Below are positions 45,938-56,493 of a stretch of DNA of 64,000 nucleotides, piece after piece. Numbering within the stretch: position 1 is the first letter of the stretch; each line of letters opens with the position of its first letter. Source of the stretch: a virus (taxonomy: Duplodnaviria; Caudoviricetes). The position numbers were made by a program, and so were the translations under genes. The notes under the pieces are model-generated. The model made no database searches and was not told the origin of the DNA. It was given only the letters and a program-made list of their open reading frames with translations. The DNA lies in the IMG/VR virus record IMGVR_UViG_3300026549_000038, positions 64,001 through 128,000 of that record; one strand, 5' to 3'.

Positions 45938-46732
45938 TTATTTTTTAAAGTTCTTTATGAGTTGTCTCCACTCATGAGAATATAACTGGAACTCACTATT
46001 TGCATTTATTTCATATGGGCTACGGGAGTGGCGTTGTTGTAGATCTTCCAAATATATAACGGTTTTCGGACCACAGTCCATCTTCTTACAAAAATCTATA
46101 AAAGATATGCCGTTGTCCTTCCAATAAAACCCTTGGAATCCCGACAATGTCTTCGGAAACTGTGATATATTAAAATTGTTTTTGCCGATGCTCGGACATT
46201 TCACAATAGATAGATGATTCATTACACTAGGTAACTGCCCTAGTTCAGACAATTTATTACAATCGTTTATGAAATACATTGTGTTTTCCGGATTCTTGTA
46301 TTTTAGGTTTTCTAGCCCTTTAATAGAAGTTAGATTGTTACATCTATTTATAAGTATCTCGATTTGATCTCCGGGGCCTGTGTTTTGTATAATACAATTT
46401 GGGGCAAATATACCTTTGAGATCCTTTATTTTGCTATCTGATATTTGTATAGCGGAACATTGTTCGATACTGGATATATTAAAATCTGGCGTATGATCTA
46501 GATCGTGTATACGAATTGAACGAGTTAGTGAGGGGTGTGCCGGATGATAAAGCCCAATGATTTTGATTTCGCCGTCTTTGCAAGACACCTGAACCGGTGC
46601 CCATTTTTGACCACAGTCTACATATTTTTGAAATTCTTCCAATCTCAATTGATCATTAGCAGAATTTACGAAAACGTCCTCGCCGCCACCACTAAATAAA
46701 GATTCATTCAAATATCTTTGCAGGTTGTTCAT
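45938..46732 (-). CDS. Leucine-rich-repeat protein, paralog of 45161..45922
   Basis: MNNLQRYLNE leader; CNNLTSIKGL, DCNKL repeats. Confidence 0.7.
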   Translation of the reverse strand: MNNLQRYLNESLFSGGGEDVFVNSANDQLRLEEFQKYVDCGQKWAPVQVSCKDGEIKIIGLYHPAHPSLTRSIRIHDLDHTPDFNISSIEQCSAIQISDSKIKDLKGIFAPNCIIQNTGPGDQIEILINRCNNLTSIKGLENLKYKNPENTMYFINDCNKLSELGQLPSVMNHLSIVKCPSIGKNNFNISQFPKTLSGFQGFYWKDNGISFIDFCKKMDCGPKTVIYLEDLQQRHSRSPYEINANSEFQLYSHEWRQLIKNFKK

Positions 46733-46783
46733 AAATATAATATGGGTGTTTGATATTTTATACTATATAATAAAACAACTTAT

Positions 46784-47320
46784 ATGCAATTAACAGGAAA
46801 ACAAATAATAGAAAGAGGAATTGTCACTGGGGTAGAAGCCCCGGAGCAGGTACAACAGCAAGGAATCGACGTGAGAGTGTTCTCTATATACAGTGTCGGT
46901 GGGAGGTATGGGTTCATTCCTAAGTCTGGGAAGACTATAACACCAAAACGAGAAGTGATACCGACTTCTTTTTCTGATGGAAGTGCAGTATGTTCAATCC
47001 CAGCAGGAGTAAAATATTGGTATTTAGAACCAGGTTATTACGAACTTGAACTTATGGAAGGATGTTCTATTCCAGATAATGCAACTTTGCATTTTAAATC
47101 CAGAAGCAGTTTGGTTAGATGTGGATGTCAAGTATTTAGTGGTCAGTTTGACGCAGGATTCAAAACAGACTTTATGGGCTGTTATCTGCTCGTAACTCTT
47201 CCTGTGTACATAGAACGCGGAGCAAGAGTAGCACAGGCGATAGTCTTTGAAAGCGATCCGGTATCAAAAGATAATTTATATAACGGTCAGTGGCAAGGAG
47301 ATAAACAAAGAAACTCGTAA
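46784..47320 (+). CDS. Trimeric dUTPase/dCTP deaminase family protein
   Basis: GIDVR, SRSSLVRCG, GQFDAGF, RVAQ, Y.GQWQ. Confidence 0.85.
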   Translation: MQLTGKQIIERGIVTGVEAPEQVQQQGIDVRVFSIYSVGGRYGFIPKSGKTITPKREVIPTSFSDGSAVCSIPAGVKYWYLEPGYYELELMEGCSIPDNATLHFKSRSSLVRCGCQVFSGQFDAGFKTDFMGCYLLVTLPVYIERGARVAQAIVFESDPVSKDNLYNGQWQGDKQRNS

Positions 47321-47323
47321 GGA

Positions 47324-47594
47324 TATGTCAATTTTTGCAGAAAATTCAGAAGAAACTATAAATAAAACATTTCGCGAATTTGATGAAAAGGCGCTAGAGG
47401 ATCATATTGTGGAAAAATATATAAAACCACTAATTGAGGCAACCCGCAATGATATAAAACATATTAAAATTGACTTACAAGAATTGCGGGCCAAAGTAGA
47501 TAGATGCGAACTGCAGTTAAAGAATAACACCCTGTGGCGTCTTGAAAGTGTAGAAAATGAAATATATAACATCAAGTCAACGTTAAATCTTTAG
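47324..47594 (+). CDS. Hypothetical coiled-coil protein (start approximate)
   Basis: MSIFAENSE... ORF. Confidence 0.5.
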
Positions 47595-47603
47595 TAGAAG
47601 ACT

Positions 47604-47813
47604 TTACTGATTGACTACTGCCACGTTTAACTTGGGGTGGTTTTCTGATATGTCTATAAATTTATTTTCAACCGCAACTTTGAATATAATCTCATTGTTT
47701 TCTATAACATAGGACATTATGGTTCCAACGGTATCGATTGGAAAGAGACAGTCACATTTAAAATGTAGTTTCTTTCCAATCATTTGTTTTGCTATAAACT
47801 CTTTAAATTGCAT
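47604..47813 (-). CDS. Small hypothetical protein
   Basis: 69 aa, coupled to 47813..48517. Confidence 0.6.
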   Translation of the reverse strand: MQFKEFIAKQMIGKKLHFKCDCLFPIDTVGTIMSYVIENNEIIFKVAVENKFIDISENHPKLNVAVVNQ

Positions 47814-48517
47814 CAGTTATACTCTTGTTGTTTGATTTTTTTGTGTTTTTTGGAAAGCTTTTCTTTCTTTGGGCTAGGCATTCTTTGAAACGAATCTCCG
47901 CTGCCCAGCTCACCGTTTTCTCCTGGAAGTGCTGGGTCGCCGGCGCCCATGGTATTCCCGGGAGTAGCTCCACCAGCATCTCCACATTCTTTCACAATAT
48001 CAAGTGAGGACAGTTCTTTATAAAATACATTTATCAATTCTGGTGATATTTCATATACTGTTTCTTTTGTCATTCCAAATTCCTTCATAGAAGTCAGTTC
48101 TTCTTTCGGGTCGCACTTGTTAACAATTCTTTTTGTGTAATTGTCTATTTCAGAACTACCATCTATCGACGCCCAGTCTCCGCCAATCACTATAGTTTTA
48201 TCAACATTAGCCATATAGATATGTATAGCCCAATGCGGAGCAGTCACTTCGCCGGTTTGAACATTGTCTATGAAAGCAATGTAATTCTTGTCGTTGTCGA
48301 TATTATCATAGTCATCTGGTTTTATTATTCCCAGCTCAGAATTGTCTTGTTTACCTGGTTGCTGTTCTGCAACAAAATTTTTGAGTTCTTCAAACCCATC
48401 AGAGAATGTAGACTTACTTTTAAATTTTTTAAAAATATCTGTGAGGTCTATACTTTTAATCATCTCTATAGGATCTTTAAAAATACTTTCTTTAATATAA
48501 TTTACCAGCGATTTCAT
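47813..48517 (-). CDS. Putative internal head protein
   Basis: MKSLVNYIKE leader; ATPGNTMGAG motif and basic tail. Confidence 0.65.
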   Translation of the reverse strand: MKSLVNYIKESIFKDPIEMIKSIDLTDIFKKFKSKSTFSDGFEELKNFVAEQQPGKQDNSELGIIKPDDYDNIDNDKNYIAFIDNVQTGEVTAPHWAIHIYMANVDKTIVIGGDWASIDGSSEIDNYTKRIVNKCDPKEELTSMKEFGMTKETVYEISPELINVFYKELSSLDIVKECGDAGGATPGNTMGAGDPALPGENGELGSGDSFQRMPSPKKEKLSKKHKKIKQQEYN

Positions 48518-48586
48518 ATCTATTTGTTGAATTTTCGTTATAAAATAATAATCATAATTTTAATATATTAATTCAACGGAATAAAA

Positions 48587-51500
48587 GTGGAAAAATTGGA
48601 GTCTAAAAAAATAACACTTGAAAAATCGCTGCAGAAGTATAGAGTAATGAATACTCCAACAGAGTATTCATGGAAGCAGCATTTTGTGAAAGAAAAATTC
48701 TCGAAGGATAACGCTCTCGAGCTTAACGAGGAAGATTTTGAGCAGTTTTCAAAAAGACTTGAAGAATGCCAAATAACACTAGGTACTGGTTATACAATGC
48801 CGGTTGGTTCTCCTTGTAAGATCGGAACTCTAAAGGACTTGGTGAATATAGTCAGAGACCCAAAGAATGAAAAAGTTACAAAGGAACGAAGAACAATAGT
48901 TTTCAGCAATTCAGCCGGGACGAGACTATCTGGAAAAGACGCATATGCTCAGTGGAATGGATTTCAGACTATAGACTTGGATATCAAAGATAGTGTCCAG
49001 GCAGGCAGGTTAAAAAATCACATATTTCAAAAACTCCACAAATGTAATTGGTTTTTAGGTGTTGGATTTTCTTCTAGCGGGAAAGGCTTACACGTGTGGA
49101 CAAAAATAAGCGTTCCGGAGACAGATGATTATTCAAAAAGAAAACTGTTGTATTTAGTCAATTTCCGCCATAAATATAGTTATGTATATCTTGCACTTTT
49201 AAGTGCAGCAGAATTGTATCTTTTTACAAAAGATGATATTCTGAATTGGATGGACTTAGCTATGGCGCGCCCACAACAGGGAAGTTTGTTGGGATATGAC
49301 CCAGCAGTTCTTATCAATTCAAGCTTCTTTGAAGACTTTATATATGTTAACTTTGATAATGTTGACGATATAGGTCATCCTGATGTAGACTGGGTTACGT
49401 ACCCAGACCTCAAAGAAATTTTTAAGAGGTGGGAATGGTTCGAAGATGGAGATGGGGATCAAGACAACATCAGTACAAATGTTGTTAGCAAAGAAGGACC
49501 GGACGATCCAAGCAATGTATTAAAGGTCCACTATAAACACTTTGAACGATGGAGACTTGCGAATACACTTGTTGGGTTATTTGGAAAAGATCAGGGAAAG
49601 GCTTACATGAGAATGATATGTTCGAATACTATCCGAGATCAGGAGCTGATCGCAGACTGTGAAACAGCAGCCAGGCACAAAAAACCTATCGATCCCTGGG
49701 CAGTGCAGAGACTGAATACACAGCATGGGTTTAAAATAAAGCTCAATATTACCAAAGAGCTTAATGAAGACGAGGTATATATAGCGATGGAAGATGCCGG
49801 AAACCCTACTATAATTAAAGAGTCTCCGAACCTGATAAACTTTCATCTTAACAAAAACCAATATCTTGGTGATATCCGAAATGATATACTTCAAAAAGTC
49901 TCAGAGTCTTGTGTTAACATAACTCTTCTAGAAGCCGGTCCGGGGTTGGGAAAAACAGAAATGGTTAAACAGCTGGTTCGAGATGGAAAAAAGATTATGA
50001 TGGTTATGCCATTTACGAGTACCATCAAATCCAAAGTAGAGAATGATGACAAATGGTATTATAGTTATGGGAACAGGCAACCGAAACTTAATGAGTGTCC
50101 TGGGCTGGCTTTGACAATCGATAAATTTTCGTATCTTAACATGATGGATGTCAAAACATCTGGATATGATTATATATTTATAGACGAGAGTCACCTCCTG
50201 TTCTTGAGTGAGTATAGGCCGGTTATGTCTAAAGTAGTAGACCTGATAAAGAGCTCTGAGGTACCTATTGTGATGATGAGCGGAACTCCTTGCGGAGAAC
50301 TGGTTTTCTTCCCAGACGCCACGCACATACATGTAATTAAAGACGATGATAGAATCAAGGAGTTTACTGTTCATATGGTAGATTCCCCGTCGGATCTTAT
50401 TTTTCATATGTGCAGAAAGATGGCAGAAGACATCTCGCAAGGAAGAAGGATTCTTTTTCCGACCAACTCGGGAACTCTGTATAGTAAACAGATAGAAGCC
50501 GCGGTGAACTATTTTCTTAAGAACGACTATCAAATGTTCGAGCCGGTGAACCTCAAATATTATAAAAAGTCTAATATCGGAGAAAAGTTTATGGATGATG
50601 TTAACTTTGAAAAGACCGTAAAAGATGTGCAAGTTCTTCTATGTTCTAATTATTTGAGTGTTGGTGTAGATGTGATGGATAGGCTCAAGTTTAGTATATA
50701 TTTCGCAGACCTGATACTTCCTCATGAGATAGATCAGTTCTGTAATAGATTGAGAAAGAATGACTTATATGCAAATCTTTATATATCAAAAAATGATGCA
50801 GATGGTAACACTAGAAATCTAAATCATTTTAAACCGTTGAATTTCAAATTAAACGACGAAGAAATAAAGAACATTCATGCAATCTTAAGATTGTGTAACA
50901 ATACCATAGAACGCAATCCGATAGAATATAAGTATAACAGTTTGATATCAAGTATCATCTATGATAACAAATTTATAGAATATAACGATGTCGAAAATAA
51001 ATATTTCCTTAACGAAACTTCGTATAAGATTCTTCAGTTTGAAAGGAAGTACAGAGATTATGCTCAACAGCTGCCAGTTGTCATGGCTGGTATGAAAGCG
51101 TATGGATATCGAGTGAAGTCTGAGAACATGAAAAGTTGTACGGAAGAAGGCGATGGACTTTTGTTTACTAACTTAAAGGACATGGTTAAACTGGCATACG
51201 ATGAAGGTCTTGAGATGAACTCAGAACATATTAGTGAGTTAATACAAATCATCAATGAAAATGATTTGCAGAATTACAAAGACATATTGGCTGGCAAATA
51301 CGATGTCAAGAAAGGAGATAAGTGGGCTATAGATATAAGTAATAAGAAGGTTACGGTTAGAAACATGGAAATATTTGAAAAAGTGGTGCCTATATTCATA
51401 TCTCTTTCAAAACTGTTTAGGTTTTCAGATATACCAAAAATTTTCGAGTTCTGTAGAACCAAGGGAGGAACCTATAATTTTGCTGCCATAAGTCGTATTA

Positions 51501-51919
51501 GGATGCTTGCTAACATAAAGTATAATAATAAGATCAATAGACTTGACCTTCCTATTCAAGAATTTATGAATGAGGCATACAAATTCTCAGAAAGAAAGGT
51601 TGCTTCAAAATCAGATATAGGGGCTTTTCTGAGAGGGTTTGCAAACAGATATGCGGGCCAAGCCTCAACAGATTCGGTCAAAGTCGAGCTGGCAAATATG
51701 ACGATGGACAACGTGATAAAAAATCTCGAAAAAATATTCAAATGTCTTATAAAAACATCGAGACCTAAGAAAAACGGAAATATAGAAATGACTAAAATGG
51801 AATTGATATGGAAAGAAAAAACACATACAGACTCCTCAGGAAATAATGTTCCGTCTTTTATACTCAATGATTTTTTGAATATAGTGAAGGAGCCAGATGA
51901 ACAACAGCCTAAAGAATAA
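48587..51919 (+). CDS. Primase (VirE-N/PrimPol-like) - SF2 helicase fusion
   Basis: IDLD and SSSGKGLHVW primase motifs; AGPGLGKT, DESH, SGT, GVD, QF.NRLR helicase motifs. Confidence 0.8.
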   Translation: MEKLESKKITLEKSLQKYRVMNTPTEYSWKQHFVKEKFSKDNALELNEEDFEQFSKRLEECQITLGTGYTMPVGSPCKIGTLKDLVNIVRDPKNEKVTKERRTIVFSNSAGTRLSGKDAYAQWNGFQTIDLDIKDSVQAGRLKNHIFQKLHKCNWFLGVGFSSSGKGLHVWTKISVPETDDYSKRKLLYLVNFRHKYSYVYLALLSAAELYLFTKDDILNWMDLAMARPQQGSLLGYDPAVLINSSFFEDFIYVNFDNVDDIGHPDVDWVTYPDLKEIFKRWEWFEDGDGDQDNISTNVVSKEGPDDPSNVLKVHYKHFERWRLANTLVGLFGKDQGKAYMRMICSNTIRDQELIADCETAARHKKPIDPWAVQRLNTQHGFKIKLNITKELNEDEVYIAMEDAGNPTIIKESPNLINFHLNKNQYLGDIRNDILQKVSESCVNITLLEAGPGLGKTEMVKQLVRDGKKIMMVMPFTSTIKSKVENDDKWYYSYGNRQPKLNECPGLALTIDKFSYLNMMDVKTSGYDYIFIDESHLLFLSEYRPVMSKVVDLIKSSEVPIVMMSGTPCGELVFFPDATHIHVIKDDDRIKEFTVHMVDSPSDLIFHMCRKMAEDISQGRRILFPTNSGTLYSKQIEAAVNYFLKNDYQMFEPVNLKYYKKSNIGEKFMDDVNFEKTVKDVQVLLCSNYLSVGVDVMDRLKFSIYFADLILPHEIDQFCNRLRKNDLYANLYISKNDADGNTRNLNHFKPLNFKLNDEEIKNIHAILRLCNNTIERNPIEYKYNSLISSIIYDNKFIEYNDVENKYFLNETSYKILQFERKYRDYAQQLPVVMAGMKAYGYRVKSENMKSCTEEGDGLLFTNLKDMVKLAYDEGLEMNSEHISELIQIINENDLQNYKDILAGKYDVKKGDKWAIDISNKKVTVRNMEIFEKVVPIFISLSKLFRFSDIPKIFEFCRTKGGTYNFAAISRIRMLANIKYNNKINRLDLPIQEFMNEAYKFSERKVASKSDIGAFLRGFANRYAGQASTDSVKVELANMTMDNVIKNLEKIFKCLIKTSRPKKNGNIEMTKMELIWKEKTHTDSSGNNVPSFILNDFLNIVKEPDEQQPKE

Positions 51920-51959
51920 CGCATTGTGAAATATTTTATATAAATACAATTATTTTAAC

Positions 51960-53159
51960 ATGAATATACAGGATAAAATTCAACAATATATAGACCACAA
52001 TTCACAACTTGTAGAACAGTATGATTCTAATCACGACAATATCCCTTTGGAGTTAAGTGCAGATGATATAGAAGAATCATATATTAGATACCGGAAATCG
52101 GGTGGCCAATTAAATTTACTATCGACATTGGCTTATGCAGTGCAGTATTCTATAGATTATGGCGTGAATATAGTAGACGCATATGACAATCTGATAGCTA
52201 AGGGTTCTGTAGATCGTTCAAATTCGGAAAATGTTATTCAATCATACTTTAAAGAAGTGAATGACATATATAATAAGAATGATAATAATTATGACATTGA
52301 ATATTGCCCAGAAAACCGAGACAAGCTTATTGAGATGAACCTCAAGACCGTAATCAGTATAGCTAAGAAATACCAGGGTCTGGGATTAGATTTAGCTGAT
52401 TTGATCAGTGCCGGCAATGTCGGGTTGGTCACGGCTTGGGAGAAATATGACCCATCCAGGATGAAGATTAAAGATCAGATTATCAAAGAGTTAGAAGATC
52501 TTCCGAATAAAATTTCTTCAGTAGATTTCAAGAACATAATCAGTAAATATATGGAATACGGAGACGCCACATTAAAACTCTACGAATCAGAAATTTTCAA
52601 TAAGCAAAAGATAACCAAAGAGGAAGCATTGAAATTTGTAGAAGACAACATCAAAAATGCAAAGTTCAATAGTATTGCAGTAATGTGGATTAGGGCATAT
52701 ATTCTTATAGAAATAGATAAGTACAGCAGGGTTGTAAAAAAGCCTAAATCCGAAATCATAGCAGACAAAGAACTTCACGGTGCTTATAGGCGGGAATCTT
52801 TAATCAATATAGATGAACCGATAGGCGACGATGACGGTATGACAATAGGGGATAAAATTTTAGGTACAGATGACGATCCCAGTAGTATTGATATCGGAGA
52901 GGCTTACGACACATTTAAATCCGGTCTCAAGAAACTTTTAGACGGGGTGAAAACTAGAGACCGAGCAATATTCTTAAAGAAGTTCGGAATCGGCATTCCA
53001 AGACCGATGACTCCTAAAGAAATAGCTGAACAGGAAGAACTTTCAATAGCACGCGTAAGTCAGATACTTCAAAATGTATTGGAAACCATTAGGAAAAATC
53101 AGGTCAAGTATAATATCGATCCTGAGATGATGTATGACGCACTTGAAAAATTCCAATAA
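51960..53159 (+). CDS. Sigma70-family RNA polymerase sigma factor
   Basis: NLKTVISIAKKYQGLGLDLADLISAGNVGL region 2; KF...A..WIR; region 4 HTH EIAE..ELS..RVSQI. Confidence 0.9.
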   Translation: MNIQDKIQQYIDHNSQLVEQYDSNHDNIPLELSADDIEESYIRYRKSGGQLNLLSTLAYAVQYSIDYGVNIVDAYDNLIAKGSVDRSNSENVIQSYFKEVNDIYNKNDNNYDIEYCPENRDKLIEMNLKTVISIAKKYQGLGLDLADLISAGNVGLVTAWEKYDPSRMKIKDQIIKELEDLPNKISSVDFKNIISKYMEYGDATLKLYESEIFNKQKITKEEALKFVEDNIKNAKFNSIAVMWIRAYILIEIDKYSRVVKKPKSEIIADKELHGAYRRESLINIDEPIGDDDGMTIGDKILGTDDDPSSIDIGEAYDTFKSGLKKLLDGVKTRDRAIFLKKFGIGIPRPMTPKEIAEQEELSIARVSQILQNVLETIRKNQVKYNIDPEMMYDALEKFQ

Positions 53160-53239
53160 ATCAAACAAAACCTACGAAAATTTAAGAGATCTATACAGAG
53201 ATATATTATTTTATATATAAACAAAAATAACTAAAAATA

Positions 53240-54028
53240 ATGAGTTTAATTGGAATTAGAGGACATAGAGGTAGCGGCAAAAAAACTGTTGCATATCTCC
53301 TTGGACAGACGATAGAGTATCTGGCAGAGCGTTCAAATCAAACAATAGACATCGAAGAGTTCCGAGAGTATTTTAAACTCTGGTGCAAGGATATTTGTGA
53401 GAATGAAGACATTATATATAATATAGATCTGAAACGGGTGTACTTTGACTCATTTGGAGATGCTCCTAGGATTCATGTAAAGATGTTGCTGGGATGTAAC
53501 ACTGATTGGTTGTATAGTGACTATATGAAAGATCATGTGGTGGTTTGTTTGAATGACTTTACATGCAAAGAGTACGATGAGGTTCCGAGTTCAGTCAAGA
53601 CCGCAGCCGAAGTGAACAAACTTATGATTGAAAAGTCTAAGAACGGACCTGCAGATCTCAGCAAAGAAGAACCCATATTTATGACTCTGCGAGAATTTAT
53701 ACTTTATTTTGGAATCTTTGTTATGCAGATGGGATTTGGGAAAAATGTCTGGGTAAAGTCATACAAAGCCAATTCAAATATGTTTATAAACATCTTTAAC
53801 GAAGAGTATAAATATAGAATATATATGGATATTAAGTCTATCTCCGAGTTAATGTTTGTTAAGGATAGCGGAGGGGTAATAATTAACGTAGAAAGACCAG
53901 GTCATAAAAAGAAAGATACAGAGTTATCATTCAATAACTTTCAAGACGACGATTATAAAATAAAAATCGGGCCTAAACTAGAAGAATTAGCAGACCCGAT
54001 TCTAAAAATTGCTCGAGATATTATTTAA
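53240..54028 (+). CDS. Deoxynucleoside monophosphate kinase (T4 gp1-like)
   Basis: LIGIRGHRGSGK.T P-loop, SFGD, TLRE....FG, NVWV. Confidence 0.75.
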   Translation: MSLIGIRGHRGSGKKTVAYLLGQTIEYLAERSNQTIDIEEFREYFKLWCKDICENEDIIYNIDLKRVYFDSFGDAPRIHVKMLLGCNTDWLYSDYMKDHVVVCLNDFTCKEYDEVPSSVKTAAEVNKLMIEKSKNGPADLSKEEPIFMTLREFILYFGIFVMQMGFGKNVWVKSYKANSNMFINIFNEEYKYRIYMDIKSISELMFVKDSGGVIINVERPGHKKKDTELSFNNFQDDDYKIKIGPKLEELADPILKIARDII

Positions 54029-54753
54029 GATCTCAGCCAATCCCGCTTGATTTTAGAGTATGTGTCTGCATATGGAGATGTTCGAATAGAGTTTTCTAAA
54101 ACACGACTCCAGCGATGCATATCTGCGCGTGCCTTTCTCGAGATTTCTACATCCTCGTTATTTTTAACATCAATATAATATTTTAAATATTCAACATCTT
54201 CGATAAAACTGCAGCGCCTTACAGATAGTATTGTATCTATGCATTTACGGTTAATCTGACTGAGTTTGCCATATAAAATTGAACATATAATATCCACCCT
54301 TTTGGATGCAATTTCTTTGGGGTAAGCTATAATCATCTTTTTAAGATCTTGTTCGTCATGATTGAGGTTCGGTTTTCCATCCTTCACAACCAGATCATCA
54401 AACTCAAATGAATAACGCCTATCTCCTGGAACTGCATTCGGGAGAGAACGTGCAATATCTTTCATGTTCGAATCTACCTGCTTCAACTTCGATGTATTTA
54501 AACTAAAATTTGGCAAGTTATTTAAATACAGCTCAACCAAATACTGCGCCAAATCTTTCCCATCTTTGTAGTTATCCTCAAAAAGCGTCAACATATTAAA
54601 AGTATCAAGCCAAGCAGCCAAATAATTCATGTATTCAAATTTGGTTTTTGGCAGTTCAGATAGGACTAAAGAATTATTTATGTTTTTAACAGTACGATTT
54701 ATGTCACCGTCTGCAAAGAGACTTTCGCTTATATGAGATTGTAATGTTTTCAT
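54025..54753 (-). CDS. Putative internal head protein (start revised)
   Basis: MKTLQSHISE leader; upstream in-frame extension is a terminator. Confidence 0.65.
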   Translation of the reverse strand: MKTLQSHISESLFADGDINRTVKNINNSLVLSELPKTKFEYMNYLAAWLDTFNMLTLFEDNYKDGKDLAQYLVELYLNNLPNFSLNTSKLKQVDSNMKDIARSLPNAVPGDRRYSFEFDDLVVKDGKPNLNHDEQDLKKMIIAYPKEIASKRVDIICSILYGKLSQINRKCIDTILSVRRCSFIEDVEYLKYYIDVKNNEDVEISRKARADMHRWSRVLENSIRTSPYADTYSKIKRDWLRS

Positions 54754-54777
54754 GTATATATAATAAAAAAAGAATAA

Positions 54778-54804
54778 AAAAAGGAACCCGTATGGGCTCC
54801 TTTT
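54778..54804 (-). terminator. Intrinsic terminator
   Basis: AAAAGGAGCCC/GGGTTCCTTTTT. Confidence 0.7.
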
Positions 54805-54823
54805 AGTTAAGAAAGATGAAATG

Positions 54824-56134
54824 TTATTCATTTTCGGTCAGTTCTTGAGCTAGTTTACTTAGGACTGCTAATTTTACAGGGTCATTCTTGAACTTCTCTG
54901 TCAAGTCCGCAATTCTTGTACGAATATCATCTTTCTTTTTTGTCTCCAGTTCTTCTTCGACTTTCTTGCGGTCTTCTTCATCTGCTTTGGCCATGTAACT
55001 TTCTACAAGTTCCTTATACTTGTCTCCAAGATTAACATTGGTTTTGCTTTGGATGAAACTGATGGCCTTAACCACATCCTCGTTAATTGACCAACCAGCT
55101 GGCTGATGTTTTGAACTTAGTGACATGGCATAGATGTTGGTGTCTCCGCTTTCAATAACCATGAATGTATCACGAGCAGTTTCGTAAATACCTACGTTAT
55201 CCAAAGTAGCCACGCTGTCATAGTTCTCGGCCAAGAGCGCAACAGCCTCGAGCTGTCCTGCAATCTGATACTTGAATCTAGGATTGGTTGTAGCAACGAT
55301 CATGTTGTTATCTTCACGAAGTTGTTCACAAGTGACTTCTTTTGCATTGCAAGCCTTTAGAACCTCAGGGTCTTTGCAGTTGCAACCGCGAAGTCTTTCA
55401 AGAGCCTTTTTCTGACATTTGATGCAGCTGCCATCCTCACTGATGATATAAGCGTTGTTTCCAACGGTTACATAGATGTTATTATCATCAATCTCAGCAA
55501 GATTGCTTTCGAGCAGGTTGCTAATAGTCTTAAATGTATTGGATACTTCGTTCCAAGATGCCTCTACTACGTTTTTGTCTTCTCCGATTTTGAAAAGTCG
55601 CCCGAGAACTTCAAAACAATATCCATCACCAGTATTTTCTATGAGTGAAACTGGATGTTTGCAAGTATATTCAGCTGTAGCCTCTACAACAGGAGAAGAA
55701 GCATAAACCTGTTTTGCTATATTACGGAATGCTTCGCAGTACATGACGTTTTTTAGAGCCCCGGCTTTGATATACTTCACAACGTTTTCCTCATCCATCT
55801 CAAGAAGTTTTTCTACCTGAGAAGCGGCGTTGCGGTTAAGATAGTTATAATGAGAAGTGTTTTCGTTGATTTTCTCTACTGCGCTTGCGAGTGCCCAGGA
55901 GGTCTTGTTAGAGTTTACATAATCAAGTACACTTTCAAGCGCCTCGTTTACACCATTATCATAGCGGCACTGTGATGCTTCTTTGATAAAACTGTTTACA
56001 AGGGAACAAGTAGACTCATTAGCCATGAGCCATTTTTTGTAATTAGTTAAAAGTGTAGAACCTGTAGTTGTTTGAGCTGATGACTCACCGATGATCTTGT
56101 CAAACTCAAGATCTGCTAAAATCTTTTTGTTCAT
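54824..56134 (-). CDS. Putative prohead core/structural protein
   Basis: 436 aa, helical, many [ILV]xE sites, coiled-coil C-terminus. Confidence 0.5.
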   Translation of the reverse strand: MNKKILADLEFDKIIGESSAQTTTGSTLLTNYKKWLMANESTCSLVNSFIKEASQCRYDNGVNEALESVLDYVNSNKTSWALASAVEKINENTSHYNYLNRNAASQVEKLLEMDEENVVKYIKAGALKNVMYCEAFRNIAKQVYASSPVVEATAEYTCKHPVSLIENTGDGYCFEVLGRLFKIGEDKNVVEASWNEVSNTFKTISNLLESNLAEIDDNNIYVTVGNNAYIISEDGSCIKCQKKALERLRGCNCKDPEVLKACNAKEVTCEQLREDNNMIVATTNPRFKYQIAGQLEAVALLAENYDSVATLDNVGIYETARDTFMVIESGDTNIYAMSLSSKHQPAGWSINEDVVKAISFIQSKTNVNLGDKYKELVESYMAKADEEDRKKVEEELETKKKDDIRTRIADLTEKFKNDPVKLAVLSKLAQELTENE

Positions 56135-56217
56135 ATCAATTATTTGGTATATTTAATCTAATAATAAAATATGAAGTGATGAAAAGAAAAATGACTATTT
56201 TTGTACATTGATATTAA

Positions 56218-56472
56218 TTACCAAATTCTACAATATATAGCACCAGAAACGTGGAAGAGAGATTCACCCACTTTGAGCTTCTCTAGTTTTTTAGCCCAGT
56301 CCTCGTCCTCTCCAAAGTCATTAACTAAATCTTTATAACTATTCATACCATAAACCCCGACGAGACCAGAGTTATCATCATAATACATGTATCCATATTT
56401 TCCGTTTTCATCGACTTCGATCATTTCCTGATTAGAGTATCCTTCTTTAATGTAACTTTGAATATTTTTCAT
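56218..56472 (-). CDS. Putative small internal head protein
   Basis: MKNIQSYIKE leader; LxxGES..G..Y/W C-terminus shared with 62157..62528. Confidence 0.6.
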   Translation of the reverse strand: MKNIQSYIKEGYSNQEMIEVDENGKYGYMYYDDNSGLVGVYGMNSYKDLVNDFGEDEDWAKKLEKLKVGESLFHVSGAIYCRIW

Positions 56473-56493
56473 TTTTTATTAATTTAATTTAAT

